Below are positions 18,271 to 26,237 of a stretch of 64,000 nt of DNA, piece by piece. Position 1 is the first letter of the stretch. Each line of letters starts with the position of its first letter. Origin of the DNA: a virus; IMG/VR virus record IMGVR_UViG_3300032257_000479, positions 64,001 through 128,000 of that record. One strand, given 5' to 3'. The notes under the pieces were generated by a model. That model was given only the letters and a program-made list of their open reading frames with translations, did no database searches and was not told the origin of the DNA. A program made the translations under genes and the position numbers.

Positions 18271-20034
18271 TTATACAACCGCCCATTCAATACTAATTTC
18301 GGTTAACTCTCCAGTAAATGTATCAGGAGCGGTTATTCTGTAATAAACCTTATCAAATGACAATGAAGTATTTCTTGTTCCAACTGACAATCCCCAGTTT
18401 GTTGTATTTATTGTTTGATCAGACCCGAAGCTTGCTGCATAACACCCATCCCCATCGCTAAAATCTCCCTCAACAAAAGCCTGCGTTATATCAAGCCAGC
18501 CAGTTCCGCTAACATCTCCTTCTGGCAATTTTATTGATATTTTTATCTGAGCCGCTGTAGTAAAGCCTGTTGCCTCAGGTATAACTTGGACACCTGAACC
18601 TTGCAGTGTTAATCTAAAATTAGCTGAGCCTGTTCCGTCTGTAAACAGTCCGTAATAGAATCTATCTCCGCTAGCTGATGAGTAATCTGGATTACCAGCA
18701 GGAGCATCTGATATGGTAGAGAAATTCAATGAAGGATAACTAAGCCCGCCATTTATTGTTTGTAACCCATCGTCATATCCAGAAGTCGCAGATACAAGCG
18801 AAATGGTTTCGTCCCAAGTTGAGGATAGGTCTGTATCAAAATCATCATTGCTCAACAGTCTTCCTAATTCATCGTTAAAGTCGTTTGACAAATCAGTTCC
18901 GGTTGATGATTGAGAATCCACTAATAATTCAAAAGCCTCAGTATATGAACTTGTAATTGTTGCCAATAATGGTCTAGTGGCTCTCACTCTTGCCCTAAAT
19001 CCATCATATGTTGATATCCCTGCTATTATTCTGGTTGCGTTTAATAATACCGATTGAGATATAATTTCGCTATTAGTATAACCGCTAGCTCCTGGATCTG
19101 GATATGAAACAGAAGAAACCGTACATTGAGATGGATCTGGATATGAAATTGCATTTCCATCAGAATATGTTTTTCTGTATGCATTACCTATAGAGCAATT
19201 CATAGTAGCAGTAGCTCCTGTATTATACTCTATTCCTGACAAACTTTTACTTCCAGTTGTAACAAGTCCTTTCATTTGCACTGACAATATGGTTGTGGCT
19301 GTTGAGTCGTCATCTACTATGTAATAAAAAGAATTTGTAGCAACGGTCCCAGTTGTTGTGTGGGTTAGATTTATTTCATTGTATCCAAGAGCTAAATCGG
19401 ATGAATCAATATTCCAAGTTCCTGTTCGGTATTGCCTGCTCGAAAAAGGAGAGCCACTAGGAAAATCAACGGGAGTTGAAGCTGATAAATTGAATCCTGA
19501 ACCGTTTCCGTTTTGAGAAACACCGCTACCAAAAGATGAAAGATCAACAGAGTGCTTTGCTACAGAATTAACTAAAACAGTCAAAGTCCCCTCGTCTCCT
19601 GGTCCAAAAGCGTTTTCTGGATATGAATTAGAAGCATCCGCCACAACACTTTCGTTTATGGTTCCAGAAATATCTGTTGAATCATCAATAACTCCCTTAT
19701 TAGGAGACGATGTGTTAAAAAGGTCTCCAACATCCAATGTTGGGTGTTCTATGTATCCTGCAGGATTAGATGAAGCTGTTGGACCAAATGAAAGTCTGGC
19801 CGATACGCCTGTAATCGCTGTTGTTATGTCGCCAAGATCAGGAGCGGCTGCTGGAAGCAATTCATTTAATATGCCTTCCGTTGTATCTGTTCTTTCAGCA
19901 AGCTCGTCTAAGGCATCATCAACGTTGCCTGGATCAACATCTCCATCCCAATCTGTATTGTCAATAGGGGTATATGTGACATCAGCCGCATCGCCTGTTC
20001 CTGTATTAGATATTCTTTTTGGTACATTTGGCAT
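18271..20034 (-). CDS. putative virion structural (baseplate/tail) protein
   Basis: 587 aa, beta-rich Ser/Thr/Gly composition; first gene of the fibre cluster. Confidence 0.6.
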   Translation of the reverse strand: MPNVPKRISNTGTGDAADVTYTPIDNTDWDGDVDPGNVDDALDELAERTDTTEGILNELLPAAAPDLGDITTAITGVSARLSFGPTASSNPAGYIEHPTLDVGDLFNTSSPNKGVIDDSTDISGTINESVVADASNSYPENAFGPGDEGTLTVLVNSVAKHSVDLSSFGSGVSQNGNGSGFNLSASTPVDFPSGSPFSSRQYRTGTWNIDSSDLALGYNEINLTHTTTGTVATNSFYYIVDDDSTATTILSVQMKGLVTTGSKSLSGIEYNTGATATMNCSIGNAYRKTYSDGNAISYPDPSQCTVSSVSYPDPGASGYTNSEIISQSVLLNATRIIAGISTYDGFRARVRATRPLLATITSSYTEAFELLVDSQSSTGTDLSNDFNDELGRLLSNDDFDTDLSSTWDETISLVSATSGYDDGLQTINGGLSYPSLNFSTISDAPAGNPDYSSASGDRFYYGLFTDGTGSANFRLTLQGSGVQVIPEATGFTTAAQIKISIKLPEGDVSGTGWLDITQAFVEGDFSDGDGCYAASFGSDQTINTTNWGLSVGTRNTSLSFDKVYYRITAPDTFTGELTEISIEWAVV

Positions 20035-20056
20035 ATAACTAGATTCCTTACTTCTA

Positions 20057-20084
20057 TTTTCAACAAAAAATAAGATTATACCTC
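20057..20084 (-). promoter_or_regulatory. putative phage promoter GAGG-N16-GTTGAAAA
   Basis: Variant of the recurrent motif, upstream of the fibre cluster. Confidence 0.4.
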
Positions 20085-20086
20085 GT

Positions 20087-20902
20087 TTAGTTTTTGGTAG
20101 ATTCCATTAGTTTTTTGTATACATCAACTGGTTTAATGGTATTCCCTGCAATCCTTTCTTGTTGAATAATGCAAGCCGCGGCTCCTGCTACAACTGGGGC
20201 AGCAACGCTTGATCCGCCCATTTTTATGAATTTATCATTTAAATATGTTGTATATATGCTATCTAGTGGCATATCAATACTTGGTGCCTCTATTTTTCCT
20301 GTTTGTATTTTTTTGTTATCGCACAACCCAACAGACATAACTTCTTTTAATCTAGCGGGGAAATTTGCGTCTCTAGTATGGCTCTTATTGTTTCCAGCGG
20401 CAGCAAACATGCAAATCCCATTATTATAAGCCTTTTTTATTGCATCATGCAAAAACGGATGCATCGAATCACACCCAAATGACATTACAATAATATCTAC
20501 GTTTTGAACAATAGCATAAAGAATGGATGCTTGAACAGCTCCGTGTTCTCCTGATCCATTATCTCCTATAGCCTTAGCGTGCCATAAGGAAGATTTTGGG
20601 GCTATTCCAATAACATTTCCTTTTGCCTGAGAGTTTATTATCCCTGAAACACCAGTTGAATGACCATGCTTGTCAAGAACTGATGAATTGGTAAAATCAA
20701 TTGACCTTTTAGTTATTGATGGCAAATACTTATTGCTGGGCAAACCTGTATCTATGATACAAACATTGACCCCAAAGCCATTACCTTTTATTTTTTTGAA
20801 ACCAAAATATTCAGGAGAATATATTATTGAATTCTTAACAGAATCAATAGCATGTCTTGAGTTTGGTTTTTTACATTTATAATTTTTCTTGTTCATACTC
20901 AA
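20087..20902 (-). CDS. subtilisin-like serine peptidase (S8)
   Basis: IIDTG (Asp), HGHST.VSG (His), AAAGN (oxyanion), GSSVAAP.VAG (Ser). Confidence 0.9.
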   Translation of the reverse strand: MSMNKKNYKCKKPNSRHAIDSVKNSIIYSPEYFGFKKIKGNGFGVNVCIIDTGLPSNKYLPSITKRSIDFTNSSVLDKHGHSTGVSGIINSQAKGNVIGIAPKSSLWHAKAIGDNGSGEHGAVQASILYAIVQNVDIIVMSFGCDSMHPFLHDAIKKAYNNGICMFAAAGNNKSHTRDANFPARLKEVMSVGLCDNKKIQTGKIEAPSIDMPLDSIYTTYLNDKFIKMGGSSVAAPVVAGAAACIIQQERIAGNTIKPVDVYKKLMESTKN

Positions 20903-21629
20903 ACTTTATATGGTTCCCATTTCCAAAAAATTCTATCCCCATATTAAGTCTTTTGTCATCAAGAAATTCCACATGCTTCCTCATAGCTATTGCAGCATGA
21001 GCGGAAAACAAATCATTGGTAACAATTCTTTTGCATCTATTTATTTCATCTATACGTTTTAGTAAATCTTGCTTCATGGGAACATGCCACAATTCAGATT
21101 GATTAAGTTGTAAATTGCTTTTTACATATTTCCTTAACTTACTGTCGCTGATAGCAATGCCTGTTTTACCTTTTTTCATTTTATTTTTGGGGTAATAGGC
21201 CAGATCGTACCCCTCTCCCCTCCACTTAAGTCCAGCGATGCGAAAAATTATCTGTAAAATATGACGATCAGATGGCAGACCTTTATATAATACATCAAAG
21301 CCTTCTTTGGCATCATTATTTAGGTAACTAACATTACCTTCCACTTCGCCGAATCCAAGCTTAATTTTAGATTCAATATTATTCATTGTTAAACAAGCTT
21401 CTCTTGTTGGACTTAAATTTATAGCTATATCGTATTGATTATAAAACTGACCATATCCAACTAACACATCTCTTATCCTTGAATTATATTGAAGTAAAGG
21501 GTAACTACTTGATGTTGTTGCCCAATCTATAGAAGCTTTATCATATTTTTTATTGATAGCCTTTATCATACTTGTTGATACTAAAGTGGTCCAAGGCTCA
21601 CCATATTGCAATATAACTATTTTTGTCAT
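20877..21629 (-). CDS. GT9/heptosyltransferase-like glycosyltransferase, divergent
   Basis: KIVI...G......ST..IKAI.KKY..A.IDW; YD..INL; VTND....H.AIA..K. Confidence 0.7.
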   Translation of the reverse strand: MTKIVILQYGEPWTTLVSTSMIKAINKKYDKASIDWATTSSSYPLLQYNSRIRDVLVGYGQFYNQYDIAINLSPTREACLTMNNIESKIKLGFGEVEGNVSYLNNDAKEGFDVLYKGLPSDRHILQIIFRIAGLKWRGEGYDLAYYPKNKMKKGKTGIAISDSKLRKYVKSNLQLNQSELWHVPMKQDLLKRIDEINRCKRIVTNDLFSAHAAIAMRKHVEFLDDKRLNMGIEFFGNGNHIKFEYEQEKL

Positions 21630-22330
21630 TATTCTTCCATATCCGATATATCTATTCCTGCATCTCTTGCGGTCTGAAAGAACTCTTCGTCTTGCGGAGA
21701 TGTTCTTCCTCTCATAACTTCATCCGTTATATCAAGAGGTTCATAATCGCCATCTTCGGTATCGTATCCTTCTGATTCAATTCTTTCTGATAACTTATTT
21801 GCTGATTCAGAAACTAAAATTGAATTCAAGTTCTTGTCTTCTAATGATTGTTTTTTCTTATTTCTAATATTAGAAACTTTCCTATACTCTTTCTTTATTC
21901 TATCGATATCTCCTTCGTCAACTATTTCTAGTTTTCCTATTTCTATGTATCGATCCAGATCCGGATAAGTGATTGCAAGGTTATCGCTATACAATTTGAA
22001 ATCTATTGGACTATCAAATATAAGAGCTTTCTCTTCTTCATTTTGATGTTTAACGATTATTCTGCCAGCCTTAATTTCTCTTATAAACTTTCTACCAGTT
22101 TTAATAACTTTTTTGTACTTTTTGCCTGTGTTTTTTGAAATCAAATCAATAATATCAGAACCATTTTTAATATCAAGGGATGTTATATATAAGACCTCTC
22201 TGGATGATATCTCATTTGCAATATCATCTATGCTATCCCATTCATATTCTCTAACTTCATTTTTGTCAATTATTCGCACAACCCTATTTGCCGCATCAAT
22301 AAAGACAATTTTCATTACAGCGTTTTCCAT
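21629..22330 (-). CDS. hypothetical protein
   Basis: 233 aa, between the two glycosyltransferases. Confidence 0.75.
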   Translation of the reverse strand: MENAVMKIVFIDAANRVVRIIDKNEVREYEWDSIDDIANEISSREVLYITSLDIKNGSDIIDLISKNTGKKYKKVIKTGRKFIREIKAGRIIVKHQNEEEKALIFDSPIDFKLYSDNLAITYPDLDRYIEIGKLEIVDEGDIDRIKKEYRKVSNIRNKKKQSLEDKNLNSILVSESANKLSERIESEGYDTEDGDYEPLDITDEVMRGRTSPQDEEFFQTARDAGIDISDMEE

Positions 22331-23715
22331 ATTTCTTTTATCCTTTCTGATGCTCTATCTGACACTGAGCTAAATGAGTAATTATCCAAAATATGTTTTT
22401 GAAGAATCTTATTGCTTAATTTAGCATCGTCATGATTGTTATAAACATTTCTCATTGATGATCCAAACCTATCTATAAAATCTTTGCTCTTTAATATTGG
22501 CATGATCTGATTGTCCCAATAATGAACCTGAGAACTCCCTGGAGAAACCTTTGCAAGTTTATCAATGTCAACAAGATTGCTGTTTTCTTTTGTTAAAAAC
22601 ATTGTATGGCCGCTATGATTTGTTGCTATAACAGGAAGACCTACTAGCGATGCTTCACAATAAGGTAATCCAAAACCCTCGCCTCTTGAAGGAAGAACAA
22701 ATGCGTCTGCTGCTTTATAGATTCTTGGCAATTCATGTTCTGGTATCACTCGACTGCATCTAGCAATATGGGCAGGATTTTCTCCGCCGTATTTTTTTAT
22801 AAACTTCTCTATTTCTGATCGAATTATATCGGACCTTCGAGAAGATTGTTGATACCTGCTAACTATCAACAATGAAACATTATCATCTCCTGAAAACTCA
22901 GTTAAGTATGATTTTAATAATGCATCATATCCTTTCCTATATCCCCATCCAAATACGCTTATAAATACAAAATCTTTTAATTTAGGTCTAAACTCATGCG
23001 GTTCATGGTTTTCATGATATATGTTCGTTTGTATGCTTGCTGGCATGATAAATATTGGTCTTGTTACACCAAATTGTTCCAAAACGTCTCTACAGTAGTC
23101 TGAAGTAACCCAAAGCTCATCATATGAATTGCAAATATCAACTGTTTGTTGAGGAACTGATGAGGCCTCAACTGTTGTGTAAAGTATTCGATAAGGCATA
23201 CGAGGGCTCATTTGCCCAAAACTGGGTATAATGCTATCTATTCGTATTGCTTTTCTTCCAACTCTCTTTTTTAAAGAATTCAACATACTAGCTTCTATTT
23301 CATTTAAATCGCTGCGCATATTATTCGTTGGAGAAACTTCTACTTTTATTCCCTTCTTTGTTAGACCAAACGCTAAATTTCTATTAACTTTTGCATATCC
23401 TCCAGCTTCGTAAAAATGTCCTTTTACGACAACTTCCGGTTCCTGTCCGCTAGGCATTCGTGGCACCTCTTCCTCTTTTTTATCATTTAAGCCTTTTGAA
23501 TCTCTTTCGCTTCTCATTTTGACTAAATTGTTTTCTATTCTACTTGATCCTATTTCAACAATATCAAATGCTCCAAAAACTAAAAACTTTTGAAAGCTTT
23601 TACTTTTTAATATATCATCCACGCAAATATCTTCAACAAGACCCTCTTCATGAGAAATGTTGCGATCAATATCTTCTAGGTAAACTGAATTTTGAGTCAT
23701 ATTTTTGAATTTCAT
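22315..23715 (-). CDS. GT4 (GT-B) glycosyltransferase with extra N-terminal domain
   Basis: RKG.D.LL..Y..EF, DAFVLPSRGEGFGLP..EA...GLPVIAT. Confidence 0.92.
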   Translation of the reverse strand: MKFKNMTQNSVYLEDIDRNISHEEGLVEDICVDDILKSKSFQKFLVFGAFDIVEIGSSRIENNLVKMRSERDSKGLNDKKEEEVPRMPSGQEPEVVVKGHFYEAGGYAKVNRNLAFGLTKKGIKVEVSPTNNMRSDLNEIEASMLNSLKKRVGRKAIRIDSIIPSFGQMSPRMPYRILYTTVEASSVPQQTVDICNSYDELWVTSDYCRDVLEQFGVTRPIFIMPASIQTNIYHENHEPHEFRPKLKDFVFISVFGWGYRKGYDALLKSYLTEFSGDDNVSLLIVSRYQQSSRRSDIIRSEIEKFIKKYGGENPAHIARCSRVIPEHELPRIYKAADAFVLPSRGEGFGLPYCEASLVGLPVIATNHSGHTMFLTKENSNLVDIDKLAKVSPGSSQVHYWDNQIMPILKSKDFIDRFGSSMRNVYNNHDDAKLSNKILQKHILDNYSFSSVSDRASERIKEIWKTL

Positions 23716-23732
23716 ATTAACTTATATATCGA

Positions 23733-23764
23733 CAAAAAAACAACCGCACTAAAATGCGATTGCT
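23733..23764 (-). terminator. intrinsic terminator
   Basis: AGCAATCGCA-TTTTAG-TGCGGTTGTT hairpin followed by a T-run on the minus strand. Confidence 0.7.
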
Positions 23765-23784
23765 TCTTGTTTTATTATTTAAAT

Positions 23785-23854
23785 TACGGACCCAGGAATT
23801 GAACCTGGCTTATTCTTTAAAAGATTCTCTGCACACCATGCCGAGTCGTCCGCA
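23785..23854 (-). ncRNA. tRNA-like RNA with truncated anticodon arm
   Basis: Acceptor TGCGGAC/GTCCGTA, D arm CTCG..TGG..AGAG, T arm CCAGG-TTCAATT-CCTGG; only 18 nt between D and T arms; no encoded CCA. Confidence 0.6.
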
Positions 23855-23918
23855 TGCTCTACCCCAACAAGTTAGGGTGTCAGTTCCCTGACGCGAGTTC
23901 CTTAACCAAGTCTAAGAC

Positions 23919-24017
23919 TTAATTGATTAAATAGTGTTCTCCTGTTTTAATGGAATCTGTAATTGATTTTTGGGGGTCAAGTCCTCTTGTGTTAAATGAT
24001 TTCTGACGATTTTTCAT
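23919..24017 (-). CDS. possible 32-aa peptide
   Basis: MKNRQKSFNTRGLDPQKSITDSIKTGEHYLIN with AAAGGGGT RBS. Confidence 0.35.
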   Translation of the reverse strand: MKNRQKSFNTRGLDPQKSITDSIKTGEHYLIN

Positions 24018-24091
24018 AATATACCCCTTTGTTAAACAAGTATTTCGACCGTACTTTTTACGGTGAATATACATATATTAATTCATTATTC

Positions 24092-24541
24092 TTAAACTTT
24101 TACCTTCTTTTTTCCGGCAACCTTTTTGACTTCTTTGACCTCTTTTACTTCATCATCAAAAAAGAAAACATCAAGATTAACCATGTCTGCAATAGTCATA
24201 TTTGAGTCCTCAATTAAAGATATGGGAATTGGATCAAACTCTATTTCAATGGTTTCTTGCAATAAATCGTTTAACTCTTTCGTAAAAACATCCATGTGTT
24301 CCGCTTTTATTTTAAACTGAACTCCCTGCATTTTTTTCTCTTCGGATTCGGATTCCACCTCTTCTCCGTATTTTTCAAAAAGTTTAGATCTTTGATCCGT
24401 AAACGATTCAACTTCAACTTGAAGTTTTTTCATAACCCTACCCAATCTCCACGAATATTTTGCAGGAATAGGGACTTGAACAAAACTATTCAAGCTTGAA
24501 ATAATTGCAGACAACTCTTTGAGAGTGATATCTAGATTCAT
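24092..24541 (-). CDS. conserved phage protein, DUF1617-like
   Basis: P.K.S.RL.R..K.L..E...F...R..L..KYG and F.KEL.DLL...IE; AGGAG RBS. Confidence 0.65.
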   Translation of the reverse strand: MNLDITLKELSAIISSLNSFVQVPIPAKYSWRLGRVMKKLQVEVESFTDQRSKLFEKYGEEVESESEEKKMQGVQFKIKAEHMDVFTKELNDLLQETIEIEFDPIPISLIEDSNMTIADMVNLDVFFFDDEVKEVKEVKKVAGKKKVKV

Positions 24542-24620
24542 CTAAATTCTCCTTAACAAACACAATAATGATACTATTATATATATCGTTCGTATTTTCA
24601 CATAAGATTCAACAATACAC

Positions 24621-24651
24621 AAAAAAGGGCAGCAAGTTTTCTTGCTGCCCC
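24621..24651 (-). terminator. intrinsic terminator after the major capsid gene
   Basis: GGGCAGCAAG-AAAA-CTTGCTGCCC followed by TTTTTT. Confidence 0.9.
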
Positions 24652-24680
24652 TCTGGTTTTGTATTAAAGATTAAACTTTA

Positions 24681-25559
24681 TTATGATGCGTCAGTTACTT
24701 CGATTTTAGCGATTGCGTAATCATTGATGATTGCAATACCAACTTCCTCGTAGATAACCCATCCGAGACGTAGTTTCTTCGGATCGTCTGCAGGAAGAAC
24801 TGTAATATCCTGACGGATAGGGAAAGCTCCAACTGTGTCTGGGGAAGCTACAACAAGAACTGTTGATGCATCCATTCTAGACGAAACGTGGATGTCCGCT
24901 GTCCAAAGGTGACCGTAAAGTCCGGTTGTTAAGATCTCTCTTTGAGTTGCCTCGTCGTAGAAGTCTTTGCCGAAAGTACGAATATCTGCATAACGGTTAG
25001 CATGAGCTACAATTTTAGTTGCAACAAGGTCGTGCTGCTCAATGTAACGGAAAGCGCTGTTCAAAGAAGTTGTGCTCAATGAGCCCATGTCAGTAACGAT
25101 CTGAGGATCGCCTGCTGCTTCTCTGTTGTCTGCTGCTGCAATAAGAGCGTTGAAGATCTGAGTGTCTTCTTCTTTCTGGATTGCTTCCTTAGCCTTGATC
25201 TGCGCTCTGTCTACAATGTAGAATCTACGAGCCTTGATTTCTGACAAACGAATTGTTGGGTTAGCAGCAATTTCCCAGGTAGGAACGAGAATTTCTTCTC
25301 CTTCTTGGATCTGGTCAGGAACTGCGCCTCTGCGAGCAACAACATGAGCTGTTGCAGCAAGGTCTCTCTCGTAACGAGCAAGAGCGCCCTGAGGAAGTTC
25401 GTCAACCATAAGCAATTTACGGCCTACGGCTTGGTATTCCAAAGAACGACGAATTGGCTCAACCATTGCTTGAGCGAGTGCTACGCGACCCTCATCAGTC
25501 TCAAGTGCTTGAGCGATGATTTCTTCTTTCTGACTATCTGTAATTTTTGTAAGTGCCAT
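24681..25559 (-). CDS. major capsid protein, HK97 fold, encapsulin-like size
   Basis: 292 aa; GR.ALAQAM.EPIR..L.YQ.VGRKLL.VD.LPQG, QKEED..F, G.YG.LW.A.I; strong RBS; follows protease and decoration genes; strong terminator. Confidence 0.9.
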   Translation of the reverse strand: MALTKITDSQKEEIIAQALETDEGRVALAQAMVEPIRRSLEYQAVGRKLLMVDELPQGALARYERDLAATAHVVARRGAVPDQIQEGEEILVPTWEIAANPTIRLSEIKARRFYIVDRAQIKAKEAIQKEEDTQIFNALIAAADNREAAGDPQIVTDMGSLSTTSLNSAFRYIEQHDLVATKIVAHANRYADIRTFGKDFYDEATQREILTTGLYGHLWTADIHVSSRMDASTVLVVASPDTVGAFPIRQDITVLPADDPKKLRLGWVIYEEVGIAIINDYAIAKIEVTDAS

Positions 25560-25637
25560 TTATTTTCTCCTTAGCGTTTTGCTATGTTTTGTTTTACAGG
25601 TTAATATAATCAACCTCTACTGGTCTTTAATTACTTA

Positions 25638-26177
25638 TTAAAGTCCCAGTTTAAAGCGAACGAAGTTTCCGATGGACAATGATCCTGATACATCTGTCCC
25701 TGGAACGCCGCTTTCAACAGCGGTTGGACCGCTAAAGATAACCCCAACAACTCTACCTGAGCCTGGGTCTGCTGGTGTGATAAGTCCTGTTGCTGTGCAG
25801 TAAGCAGTTCCACCTGGAACCCAAGTCTGACCTGCTTCATACTGGTCAGTGAGGAACTCGCCGCCAGAAATGTATACTGTTAACTTACTTGAACCTAAAG
25901 CTTCATTAAACATATCTGAAACTCTGTTTGAGGTTGAGCGTGTTCCGCCAGCGCTGTTGATAACGATATCTTCAGCGTATGGGGTGTAACCTGAATCGCT
26001 TGCGATGCTGTCGCCAGCTACGCCTACGGCTCCGGTTGCAACGCCAGTCTCAGTGACGTATCCGTTTGCATCAAGGGCAACGAATTGACCTTCGATGATT
26101 GGATTTGCTACTGCATCGTGTGCAGGGTCAACATCAAATGATGTTGGAATAACGTGTTGTACTTCTATAAGTGCCAT
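25638..26177 (-). CDS. capsid decoration/cement protein
   Basis: 179 aa between protease and MCP; G..V.LD.NG.V, G.AGD, G.F.TDQY pattern. Confidence 0.7.
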   Translation of the reverse strand: MALIEVQHVIPTSFDVDPAHDAVANPIIEGQFVALDANGYVTETGVATGAVGVAGDSIASDSGYTPYAEDIVINSAGGTRSTSNRVSDMFNEALGSSKLTVYISGGEFLTDQYEAGQTWVPGGTAYCTATGLITPADPGSGRVVGVIFSGPTAVESGVPGTDVSGSLSIGNFVRFKLGL

Positions 26178-26237
26178 GTGTTTGTCTCCTTAGAACTTAA
26201 TAATTGTTCTAATAAATTGTTCTCTATTTTCTCTACC

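Noticed and set aside
23785-24017. tmRNA or functional canonical tRNA
   Set aside because: Both acceptor strands enclose only 70 nt, the ORF lies outside them, there is no alanine-type acceptor end, and the anticodon stem is not canonical
24681-25559. Cellular encapsulin operon
   Set aside because: Terminase, portal, prohead protease and neck/fibre genes show a viral context
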